Below, one piece after another: positions 23,667 through 32,146 of a stretch of DNA of 64,000 nucleotides. Numbering within the stretch: the stretch's first letter is position 1; the number at the start of each line of letters is the position of its first letter. The translations under genes were made by a program, and so were the position numbers. The DNA comes from an uncultured delta proteobacterium (lineage in GTDB: Bacteria > Desulfobacterota > Binatia > DP-6), in the NCBI GenBank assembly GCA_963815115.1, contig CAWFFN010000012.1:832001-896000 (forward strand), given 5' to 3'. Below the pieces are notes generated by a model. The model was not told where the DNA came from. It saw only the letters and a list, made by a program, of their open reading frames with translations, and made no database searches.

Positions 23667-24374
23667 ATGGCTCCACTCCCCGCCCGGAGGCGATCGAGGT
23701 CCGGCCGCCTCCTGCGCTCGCACCTCGGCGGCCTGCTGCGGTGGGCGCTCCCGCGTCTGGTCGCGCTGCTGTCCTACGCGATCTTCCGGACGTGCCGCGT
23801 GCGCTTCCTGGGCAAGCACCACGAGGATCAGTTCGTGCTCGCCGGACGGCAGATCATCTTCGCCGGTTTGCACGAAGGCATGATGATGCTGCCGTATCAC
23901 TTTCGCGATCGCGCGGGCGGCGTCGTGATGGTGAGTGGGAGTCGGGACGGCGACATCATCGCCGACACGGTCGAGCGCTTTGGCATGCGGGCGGTCCGTG
24001 GCTCGAGCGGCCGCGGCGGCAAGGATGCCCTCGACGCGATGGTCGAGGCGCTCCACGACGGCGGAGTCAGCGCCGGCGTCATCGTCGACGGACCGCGCGG
24101 GCCGGCGCTCGAGGCCAAGACCGGCGCGCTCGTGCTGGCGCGGGCGACCGGGCTACCCGTCGTCGCCGGCACGTGGTGGGCGCGGCCGCTCCTGCGCGTG
24201 CGGTCGTGGGACCACACGATCGTACCGCTCCCCTTCTCGCGCATCGTCTTCGCTTTCGCGCCCGCCTTGTTCGTGGGCCCGACCGCGAGTGATGCCGCGC
24301 TGGAGGAGGCGCGAATCGATCTCACGCGCCGACTGGGGGAGGCACGGGCCGAGGCGCAGGCCGCCTGCGCGTAG
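23667..24374 (+). CDS. DUF374 / lysophospholipid acyltransferase family protein
   Basis: MVSGSRDGDII, AVRGSSGRGG, VDGPRGP, RSWD…PLPF motifs; start approximate. Confidence 0.82.
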   Translation: MAPLPARRRSRSGRLLRSHLGGLLRWALPRLVALLSYAIFRTCRVRFLGKHHEDQFVLAGRQIIFAGLHEGMMMLPYHFRDRAGGVVMVSGSRDGDIIADTVERFGMRAVRGSSGRGGKDALDAMVEALHDGGVSAGVIVDGPRGPALEAKTGALVLARATGLPVVAGTWWARPLLRVRSWDHTIVPLPFSRIVFAFAPALFVGPTASDAALEEARIDLTRRLGEARAEAQAACA

Positions 24375-24384
24375 CTCCGGTCTC

Positions 24385-25581
24385 ATGGGGAACCAATCCG
24401 GTGCGCGCCTTCCGGACGGCACCGAGACGTTCTCCTTGGTGCGGGGCGACCGGTTCTTTCGCATCCAGCGTGCAATCGGGCTGATTCCGGCCGAGGGCGG
24501 GCTCGGCGTCGGTCGGCGGGCGGTGTTTCTGGCGCTGGTCACCTGGCTGCCGGTCGCGGTGTGGGCGTATCTCACCGGGAGAGCCCTTCCCGGGCGCGTG
24601 AACGAGCCGCTGCTGCAGCATTTCGGGGTCCACGTGCGCTGTCTCGTCGCCATCCCGCTGTTCATCGTCGGCGAAGCGACGGTGCACGCCGCCTCGACGC
24701 AGCTCGTGCCGTACTTCCTGTCATCGGGGCTGGTGCCCGACGACGAGCCAGGGCGCTTCATCGCCATCATCCGACGTACGGCGGCGCTCCGCGACGCATG
24801 GCTGCCCTGGGTCCTCATCGCCGGACTCGTGCTGGCGTGGAACATCGTCCGGCCGATCGAGACGGACGTGCACGAGCTCGACTGGGCGGTCGACGCCGAT
24901 CGTCACGCGATGGGTTTCGGAGGCTGGTGGTTCTTCTACGTTGCTCGTCCGATCTTCATGGCGCTTCTGCTCGCGTGGCTCTGGCGCATCCTGCTCCTCG
25001 GAACGCTGCTGCGGCGGATCGCGGCGTTGCCGCTGTCGATCGTTCCCTCGCACCCCGACCGCACGGGCGGCCTGGGGTTCCTCGAGCGGCTTCCCGCCGC
25101 GCTCGCCCCCGTCGTCATGGCGATCTCGGCGGTTCTCGCATCGCGCTGGGGCCATGAGGTGGTCTTTCACGAGGTGTCGCTCGACTCGCTCAAGATGCCG
25201 GCGGCGATCTTCCTCGTTGGCATCGCCGGGCTCGTGCTGGCGCCGCTCATGGCGTTCTCGGGTCCGTTGCGGCGCGCCCGCAAACGCGCGCTGCTCGACT
25301 ACGGCGCCCTCGTCGGCGAGCAGGGCCGGCGCGTGCATCGGAAATGGATTCTGCGCCAGCCGGCGGCCGACGACGAGGAGCTGCTGTCCGCTCCGGAGCT
25401 CGGTCCGGTGGCCGACACGACCTCGCTCTACCAGTCGGTCGAGCACATGCGAACGGCCCCGATCGGGAAGAAGGCGCTGCTCGGCGTGCTGATACCGGCC
25501 GTCCTGCCCATGATCGCGGTCGTCGCGATTCGCATACCGCTCAAACAGGTGCTGCTCACGATCCTGAAGACCCTGGTCTGA
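24385..25581 (+). CDS. Conserved multi-pass membrane protein of unknown function
   Basis: About 8 hydrophobic segments; motifs FSLVRGD, PSHPDRTGGLGFL, LLDYGALV; GC-biased codon usage. Confidence 0.75.
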   Translation: MGNQSGARLPDGTETFSLVRGDRFFRIQRAIGLIPAEGGLGVGRRAVFLALVTWLPVAVWAYLTGRALPGRVNEPLLQHFGVHVRCLVAIPLFIVGEATVHAASTQLVPYFLSSGLVPDDEPGRFIAIIRRTAALRDAWLPWVLIAGLVLAWNIVRPIETDVHELDWAVDADRHAMGFGGWWFFYVARPIFMALLLAWLWRILLLGTLLRRIAALPLSIVPSHPDRTGGLGFLERLPAALAPVVMAISAVLASRWGHEVVFHEVSLDSLKMPAAIFLVGIAGLVLAPLMAFSGPLRRARKRALLDYGALVGEQGRRVHRKWILRQPAADDEELLSAPELGPVADTTSLYQSVEHMRTAPIGKKALLGVLIPAVLPMIAVVAIRIPLKQVLLTILKTLV

Positions 25582-25683
25582 ACGCAATCGTCTTGCCAGA
25601 GCGTACAACCGCGCCCGCTTGCGCTTTTGCATGGTCCCTGCGAACGTCGTGCAGATGGCTCCGGTCATCGAACGGAGGTCACG

Positions 25684-25824
25684 GTGGGCGACAAATCACC
25701 CAAGTCGAAAGAGCGCGACCAGAAGCAGAAACAGAGCGCCAAGGCAGGAAGCGCCGCTGCCCTCAAGGCGAAGCAGGAAACGCATAGCCATGTCCCGCAG
25801 AATCCCCTGAAGGGCAGGAGATAG
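25684..25824 (+). CDS. Small basic protein (46 aa, MGDKSPKSK…)
   Basis: GGAGG RBS then GTG; Lys/Gln-rich, A-rich sequence unlike the background. Confidence 0.6.
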   Translation: MGDKSPKSKERDQKQKQSAKAGSAAALKAKQETHSHVPQNPLKGRR

Positions 25825-26031
25825 CGCCGCCGGCCGATGGGATCGACCTAGCGACGTACTGGCGACGTACCGGATTCGTTTGACGGGAGAGCTTAGCGAG
25901 CATAAGGTGCGAGGTCGGCCCGACGAGATCGACGCGTCACCGGCGCCGCGATTCGAAACGCGGCCATATCGCCTCGCAGACATGGCCTCTGCGCGGGCGA
26001 GGGCGACCCAGGCCGCGACCGGAGGGACGAC

Positions 26032-26277
26032 GTGACTGAGGGACAAGCGCGCGAGTGGGTGCACAGGCAGTTGATCGTCGACGAGCTCGACTGCGCGCAA
26101 CTCGAAGCAGTTTTCACGGTGCTCACGGAGCGCCCGCCGAACGCGCTCGATCGGCAGAACGGGCTCTTCCGATCTTGTTGTGAGATCGTGCTCGTGTCGG
26201 TGCCGGCTGCGCCGCCGACGCACGTGGTCCCACCGCCTCCGAAGCCGCCCCGGTCTCCCAGGTCGATCGAATCCTGA
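26032..26277 (+). CDS. Hypothetical protein (81 aa)
   Basis: GGAGGG RBS before GTG; balanced amino-acid composition unlike shadow ORFs. Confidence 0.45.
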   Translation: MTEGQAREWVHRQLIVDELDCAQLEAVFTVLTERPPNALDRQNGLFRSCCEIVLVSVPAAPPTHVVPPPPKPPRSPRSIES

Positions 26278-26367
26278 ACCGGGACCGCGGCAGCTGCTGG
26301 CAGGTCGCCGCCGGTGGATTGCCCGCCGTCCGCTGCATCAGCTTCGGCTGACGCGAGGCCCGGCGGG

Positions 26368-27765
26368 TCAGAGCTGTAGCATGAAGGCGACGAGGTCGTT
26401 CTTCTCGTCAGCCGTCAGCTTGACGCCGGCCACGAGATTGAAGAACTCGACCGTGTCGCCGAGCGTGAGGAGCCTGTCGTCGTGGAGGTAGGGCGGTGAG
26501 TCCTTGATGCCACGCAAGGGGAAGGTCTTGATCGGCCCGTCGGCGCTGGCCATGATCCCGTTCACCATGCGCGGTTCGTAGAAGCGCTCGAGCTTCAGAT
26601 TGTGCATGGAGTTGTCGGTGTAGTACGGCGCGGGATGGCAGCTCGCGCAATTCGCCTTGCCGAAGAAGAGCTCCTGGCCGCGTAGCTCGGACTCGGTCGC
26701 CAGCGCCGGATCGAGCTTGCCGTCGATGCCGAGCTTCGGCGCGGGCGGGAAGTCGAGGATCTCCTGGAACTCGGCCATGAAGTGGACCTGGCTGCCGCGC
26801 TCGAGGATGTTCACGCCCTTCTTGGTCGCGATCACGGGATCGCCGTCGAAATAGGCGGCGCGCTGCTCGAACTCCGTGAAGTCCTCGACCGTCTTGAGCG
26901 CGCGCTGCGACCCGAAGAGCCGCTGGATGTTCACGCCGCGCAACGAGACGGTATCGATGCGGTGACGGAACTCTTGCGGGCGGATGTCGCCGACCAGGTG
27001 AAACGCCGCGTTGGTGTGACCGTTCGCGTGGCAATCGAAGCACGCGACGCCGCGGCTCGGACGCTCCGAGCGGCGATCCTCGGTCTGGTTGAACTGCTGC
27101 TGCGGAAACGGCGTGAGAAGCAGCCGGAGACCTTCGATCTGCTTCGGATTCAGGAGGCCGTTGAAGAGCGCGTAGTAGTTGTCGATCGTGACGAGCCGGC
27201 CCTTCGACACGTCGCCGAGATCCGGCCGCGTGGTGAGGTAGATCGGCGGCGGGAACTCGGGCAGGAACTGATCCGGAAGGTCGAAGTCGATGTCGAAGCG
27301 CGTGAGGTCGCGTCCCTCCTGCTTGTTGATCTCGTCGATCTCGAATTTCGGGAACACCATGCCCCCCTCCTGCTGCTTGACGTGCGGAAGAGGAAGGAAG
27401 CCCGCCGGGAAGAGGTCCTTCTGCCGGATGTCGGCAGGGCTCATCGTCGCGAGGGTGTCCCAGGTGACGCCGCTCGGGAGCTTGACGCGGACGCCGCCCT
27501 GCACCGGCTTGCCGCGTGACATCGCGACGCCCTTCGCGGGCTTGTCGGCGAGGTCGTAGCGCGTGTTCAGGAGGTCAGCCTGCCGCTTCTCGACCTCCTG
27601 CTTGGCCGCCCTGAGGGGTGCGCTCAGGCTCTGGAAGTCCTGGGTGATGTCGACGGGCGCGTAGCTCGAGGTGACCTTGCCCGTCTGCTCCGCGGCGGAG
27701 ACGAGCGGGATCACGAGCGTGGCGCACCCGAGCGCTGCAACCCACCGGCGAATGGCTGTCTTCAC
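26368..27765 (-). CDS. Secreted di-haem cytochrome c (CcP/MauG superfamily, often labelled 'cytochrome B6')
   Basis: Signal peptide, two CxxCH motifs (CFDCH, CASCH), RGQELFFGKA, TFPLRGIKDSPPYLHD, EKNDLVAFM; GAGGAGG RBS. Confidence 0.88.
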   Translation of the reverse strand: MKTAIRRWVAALGCATLVIPLVSAAEQTGKVTSSYAPVDITQDFQSLSAPLRAAKQEVEKRQADLLNTRYDLADKPAKGVAMSRGKPVQGGVRVKLPSGVTWDTLATMSPADIRQKDLFPAGFLPLPHVKQQEGGMVFPKFEIDEINKQEGRDLTRFDIDFDLPDQFLPEFPPPIYLTTRPDLGDVSKGRLVTIDNYYALFNGLLNPKQIEGLRLLLTPFPQQQFNQTEDRRSERPSRGVACFDCHANGHTNAAFHLVGDIRPQEFRHRIDTVSLRGVNIQRLFGSQRALKTVEDFTEFEQRAAYFDGDPVIATKKGVNILERGSQVHFMAEFQEILDFPPAPKLGIDGKLDPALATESELRGQELFFGKANCASCHPAPYYTDNSMHNLKLERFYEPRMVNGIMASADGPIKTFPLRGIKDSPPYLHDDRLLTLGDTVEFFNLVAGVKLTADEKNDLVAFMLQL

Positions 27766-28058
27766 TGTTCCTCCTCACGCCCCCGGCCGATCGCCACCGA
27801 GACGTCGACCGTCGAGCACTTGCACAGAGTGCCGCCCCTTGCCGTCGGTACGGATATCCCTGACCTCGGTCATGTCAGAAAAAGTGGTGTGGCACGAGCC
27901 ACCAGCAATGTCATGCGAGTCCTCTGCGACGGTCGGGCCGCCAGGCGGTGGGTCGCCTCCGGTTCGAGCCGCGGCCCGCGATGATGCGGACGCCGACGAC
28001 GACCGTCGCGCCTCCGGGGCTCGGTTGTCCGGAGCCCGGGCATTGGTCATATGGTCAT

Positions 28059-28372
28059 ATGCGCAAGACGTCGCTGGCGGACGCCAAGGCTCGGCTCTCG
28101 GCCCTGGTGGACGACGCCGAGCACCGGCACGCGTCGGCGTGATGCTGCCGGGAATACGTGCCTACGTGGACGCGTTGCTCGCCGGAGCCGCCGTCGTTCC
28201 CCTCGGCCGTCGAGCCAGCGGTCAGGCGCGAGAGAGGGCGATGCGATGGCATCTCCGTGCCGCAGATGCGGTCTATGTCTGGGTGGCTACGCGCGAAGCC
28301 ATCCCGCTCTGTACCCTCGATCGTGAGCTCGAGCGCCGCGCGAGCGGTGCGTGCCAGGTCATCGGGCCCTGA
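28059..28372 (+). pseudogene. Decayed type II toxin-antitoxin pair (Phd/YefM antitoxin N-terminus plus PIN/VapC toxin C-terminus)
   Basis: 28059-28142 MRKTSLADAKARLSALVDDAE (27 aa, then stop); 28142-28372 …LRAADAVYVWVA…PLCTLDREL, lacking the N-terminal PIN Asp motif. Confidence 0.75.
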
Positions 28373-28474
28373 GAAGGCTGGCCGCCGCTAGCGAGCCGCG
28401 GCCGTACCGGCAATGGACCCGCGGGCCGGGACCGGAGCAGCCCGGGTCGGCTGCTCCGGCCGCCGTTCTCTCTT

Positions 28475-28852
28475 TTACTGCAGCTCGACGGATCGCAGCG
28501 CGACCGCGTTGCCGTCGGACAGGGTGAAGGTGCCGCGCAGCTTGTCGATGCTGCCGGACGCCGTCGCGGAGCACGCCACGGCCGCTCCGCTGGGGATCGA
28601 GTTGGCGAAGACGGAGCAGTTGAAGCCCGCGGGAATGGGCTCGTTGCACGTGCTGGCCACCTGCAACGGGTTGCCGCTCTCGTCGACGATGCTGACCTGG
28701 ACTGCAATCGTTCGCGTGCTCGGATTGCCGATCACGCATTGAGCCGCGCGCTGGGTTGTTGCGCCGAAGATCACGGAGGTGGCGATGGTCTGGGCCGCGT
28801 GGGACAGGCCGGACAGGCCGGCAATGACGCTGAGTGCGAGGGCGATTCTCAT
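28475..28852 (-). CDS. Secreted 4-Cys beta-rich protein (paralog B)
   Basis: Signal peptide ending SHA-AQTI; GGAAGGAG RBS; aligns by eye with 28910-29308. Confidence 0.75.
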   Translation of the reverse strand: MRIALALSVIAGLSGLSHAAQTIATSVIFGATTQRAAQCVIGNPSTRTIAVQVSIVDESGNPLQVASTCNEPIPAGFNCSVFANSIPSGAAVACSATASGSIDKLRGTFTLSDGNAVALRSVELQ

Positions 28853-28909
28853 TGCGATCTCCTTCCTCTGGGGACCGGTGCGGTTGGCGAGAGAGCTCGG
28901 GACGCGCCG

Positions 28910-29308
28910 CTAGCGCATCCGCTCCGCCGCGACCACCCTCGGGAAGGGAGCGATCTGGCGAATCTCGACGTTTCCGCGCACGTTCTTCGCGCTCCCGCCG
29001 ATCACGGCCGAGCAGGCGAACGTCACGTCGTCGTCGAGCTCGCCGACCAGCAGGACGCAGCTGTGCCCTGCAGCCAGCGGCGCCTGGCTGCAGTTCTCGA
29101 AGGTCGGCTGGACCGGGGCGGTGTAGTTCACCGAGGCGGTCAAGCCCACCGCGACGGGCCGGGTGCCGATGTTGCGAACGTAGCAGGCGGCCGACGTGTT
29201 CGTGCTGGTCGGCAGGCCTGCGCTGACGATGGTCTGTGCCGCGTGGGCGTACCCGGCGATTCCGAACATCAGGAACGCGACGGCGGTGAGGGGAGTGCGA
29301 ATCGTCAT
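28910..29308 (-). CDS. Secreted 4-Cys beta-rich protein (paralog A)
   Basis: Signal peptide ending AHA-AQTI; AAGGAGG RBS; same Cys spacing as its neighbour. Confidence 0.75.
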   Translation of the reverse strand: MTIRTPLTAVAFLMFGIAGYAHAAQTIVSAGLPTSTNTSAACYVRNIGTRPVAVGLTASVNYTAPVQPTFENCSQAPLAAGHSCVLLVGELDDDVTFACSAVIGGSAKNVRGNVEIRQIAPFPRVVAAERMR

Positions 29309-29400
29309 CGAACCTCCTTGGCGAAGAATGCGGGGGGCTGCGCGCCGCTCCGGAGGACGACTGTCCGGCGCGCCTTGCCCCCTCAGGCTACGTCAGAGAG

Positions 29401-29609
29401 GCGCTACCTCGGGGGTAGCGCGCCGCTACCCGCGCCTACGGCGTGTGCAGGAAGGCGACCAGGTCGGCGTGGTCCTGGTCCGCCAGATGCAGATCGAATA
29501 TCTCTCCGATCTCATCGGTACGCCCGCCTTCGTGGCCGACTCCTCCACCGCATCGGTGACGGGTCGGCGTACCCTGGAGGGCGCTACCGTCCGGGTAGCG
29601 AGCCGCTAC
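29401..29609. repeat. Two copies, exactly 180 bp apart, of GCGCTACC-N5-GGTAGCG-mGCCGCTAC (putative operator)
   Basis: 29401-29429 gcgctacctcgggggtagcgcgccgctac and 29581-29609 gcgctaccgtccgggtagcgagccgctac; arms conserved, spacer variable. Confidence 0.7.
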
Positions 29610-29786
29610 GACCCGGCGTGGAGCGCTTCCGGCGTGGTGCCGGCTCGGAGGCAGTGGCCGATCGAGAGCCCGGCCCAGGCGCCAACCGCGCGAGAGAGAC
29701 GAACCGCCCATCCTGCGCCGCGTCGTTACGGAGGGGCGCTCAGCTGGTAGAGCGATCGGGCCCGGCTCACTCGGGGGAAAACGGGG

Positions 29787-31439
29787 ATGATTCGCGAAGT
29801 CACCGCCGCGCTGCTGCTCTCGTCGCTGCTCGCACCGCCGATGGCGCTCGCGCAGGTCGCATCGCCGCCGCACATCATCGGCCGGTGGGTGGGACCGAAC
29901 GTCCCGAAGGTGCAGCCCGACCTGGCGTTCTGGGGCACCGATCTGGGCTGGACCGTCGAGCACAAGGGCGAGCTACAGATCCTGTTCGGCGACACCGACG
30001 AGACGTTCGATTCCGTCTGCTACGGACAGCTCCACAACGACGACTCGCAGGGCGTGATCCCGCTCCAGCCACCCGCGACGGGCGTTCCACCGCTGACCTT
30101 CCTGACCGACCCGAACGATCCGAACGTGCTGCAACACCTCTTCGTCTTCCGCAACGGCGAGTCCCTGCAGATGGGGTACGGGCAGGTGCCGGTCGGCGCG
30201 TACAGCGACGGGCAGAACCTCGTCGCCATCATGGGACGCGGCGGAACGATCCCGTGCAATGCGGGAGTCGCCTCGCCCGTGGCCGCGTGCCGGGGGCCGC
30301 TCGAGGATCACCCCGCCAGGACGAACTGGAAGAGCGCCGACGGCCTGCGCTGCTCGCAGAGCGTGGGCGAGTGCATTCCCGCACCGAACGGCATTCCCAC
30401 CCCGTGCGAGCTCGCGACCGGCGCCGGGTGCAACCCGGTCCTGCGCGGAGTGTGTACGCCGACGGCGACCGGACTCTGCGTCGACCCCTCGAGCTCGCAG
30501 AACGACGGGACCCCGGCCTCCGAGGTCTACACCACCGGAAACGAGATGGAGTTTGCGATCCAGGACCCCGACCAGCGCGGCAACTACGAATCCGTCGCGA
30601 CCCTGCGCACGAACAAGTTCATCAACCCGACCGCGCGCACGGTGAAGCGCTTCACCGGCCGCCCCTCCGGGAGCGACTACGAACCGGGGAGCGGTACGGT
30701 GCTCGTCTGGGGCCGCCCGGGATTCAGCGGCCAGCAGGGCCGGCAGGCGCAGATCTACCTGCTGGCGCACCGACTTCCGATCAAGCGCGCCGGCAACGGG
30801 CGCTGGCGCTTCCGGCCCAGGTACTTCGCGGGGGTGCACAAGCGCACGAACCTCCCCATCTGGTCGCGCGAGCAGCGCAAGGCGAAGCCGCTCGCGCTCG
30901 ACGGCGTCGTCGGTGGAAGCTCGTTCGAGGAGCAGCCGCTCGTGAACCAGTTCACGATCAGCTGGGTCGGCGGCTCGATTCGCAAATGGGTGATGCTCTA
31001 CGGCGGAAACATCGGCGACTACCTGCTGCTCGATCCCGCTCACTCCCGCCCCGGCGAGGGGCCGGGCTCGGTGCGCATCCGCTTCGCGGATCACCCGTGG
31101 GGGCCGTGGTCGCCCGCCAAGCCGCACCTGCTCGAAGGGTCCCCCGCCGAGGCCGGCACTCCGCTGGGGCCCGGCGGCGTGCTGTTCCATCCGCTGTGCG
31201 TCGACCGGCCCGGCGCGCCCTGCGCCCCGAGTGACCCGATTCGCCCGGTCGACTCGTTCCTGCCTCTCTGCTTCCCGTCCGGGAAGACGTTCGACAACGG
31301 GTTCTTCTACGGCGCCAACATCATCGACGCGTACACCACGTCCGACGGCGCGGGCGGCATGGACGTCTACTGGAACGTGTCGACGTGGAACCCGTACGGC
31401 GTGCTGTTCCTGAAGACGAACCTGCGACCCGGCTCCTGA
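29787..31439 (+). CDS. Secreted DUF4185-like (putative beta-propeller glycoside hydrolase) protein with Cys-rich insert
   Basis: Signal peptide; WGTDLG…LFGDT, RFADHPWGPWS, FYGA, YWNVSTWNPYGV motifs. Confidence 0.7.
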   Translation: MIREVTAALLLSSLLAPPMALAQVASPPHIIGRWVGPNVPKVQPDLAFWGTDLGWTVEHKGELQILFGDTDETFDSVCYGQLHNDDSQGVIPLQPPATGVPPLTFLTDPNDPNVLQHLFVFRNGESLQMGYGQVPVGAYSDGQNLVAIMGRGGTIPCNAGVASPVAACRGPLEDHPARTNWKSADGLRCSQSVGECIPAPNGIPTPCELATGAGCNPVLRGVCTPTATGLCVDPSSSQNDGTPASEVYTTGNEMEFAIQDPDQRGNYESVATLRTNKFINPTARTVKRFTGRPSGSDYEPGSGTVLVWGRPGFSGQQGRQAQIYLLAHRLPIKRAGNGRWRFRPRYFAGVHKRTNLPIWSREQRKAKPLALDGVVGGSSFEEQPLVNQFTISWVGGSIRKWVMLYGGNIGDYLLLDPAHSRPGEGPGSVRIRFADHPWGPWSPAKPHLLEGSPAEAGTPLGPGGVLFHPLCVDRPGAPCAPSDPIRPVDSFLPLCFPSGKTFDNGFFYGANIIDAYTTSDGAGGMDVYWNVSTWNPYGVLFLKTNLRPGS

Positions 31440-31502
31440 GCTCGACGTGCCGCGGACGACCTCCGAGGGGACAGACGGCGTCGAAACGGATATCCGTCCC
31501 CG

Positions 31503-32141
31503 ATGGTCAAGCGGAGCCTCGAATCGATCGCCGCGACATGCTTCGCCGGACTCCTGGTCTTCCTGCCGGTGGCCCTCACGTTGGGCGTGCTGGCCTGGGT
31601 GTTCAGCCTGGTGAACCGGCTCATCGGCCCGGGCACCGTCGTCGGCAGGCTGTTCGCGACGCTTGGATATCCCGTGACCAGCAATCCGGCTCTGGCGTAC
31701 GTGTTCGGGGGTCTGGTCCTCCTGGCCGGCATCTACGTCCTCGGATTGAGCGTGCAGGCCGGCCTCAAGGGGCACCTGCGCACGCTGGCCGATCGCACGG
31801 TGCGCCGCATCCCGCTCGTCGGCAACGTGTATGGCGTCGCCGATCGCTTCGTCGGCCTGCTCGACCACCAGCAGGAAGCGGACATCGGGGCCATGAGTCC
31901 GGTGTGGTTGTTCTTCGGCGGTGACGGCGCAGCGGTGCTGGGGCTCGTGCCGAGTCCGAAGCCCATCGACATCGAGGGACGCAGCTACGTGAGCGTGCTC
32001 GTTCCTACCGCACCGGTGCCCTTCGGAGGCGCGCTGCTCTACGTGCCGAGCGCGTGGGTGCGTCCGGCCAACATCGGCGTGGACACGCTGACCGGCATCT
32101 ACGTCTCGATGGGGATCACGCAGCCGCCCGCGCTGAAGTGA
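31503..32141 (+). CDS. DUF502 family membrane protein
   Basis: FAGLLVFLPVALT, RIPLVGNVY, VLVPTAPVPFGG, YVSMG motifs. Confidence 0.85.
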   Translation: MVKRSLESIAATCFAGLLVFLPVALTLGVLAWVFSLVNRLIGPGTVVGRLFATLGYPVTSNPALAYVFGGLVLLAGIYVLGLSVQAGLKGHLRTLADRTVRRIPLVGNVYGVADRFVGLLDHQQEADIGAMSPVWLFFGGDGAAVLGLVPSPKPIDIEGRSYVSVLVPTAPVPFGGALLYVPSAWVRPANIGVDTLTGIYVSMGITQPPALK

Positions 32142-32146
32142 CCGGC

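Noticed and set aside
29738-29753. GCTCAGCTGGTAGAGC, identical to a typical tRNA D-arm
   Set aside because: No acceptor stem, anticodon arm or GTTCRA T-loop at the expected distances; not a tRNA gene.
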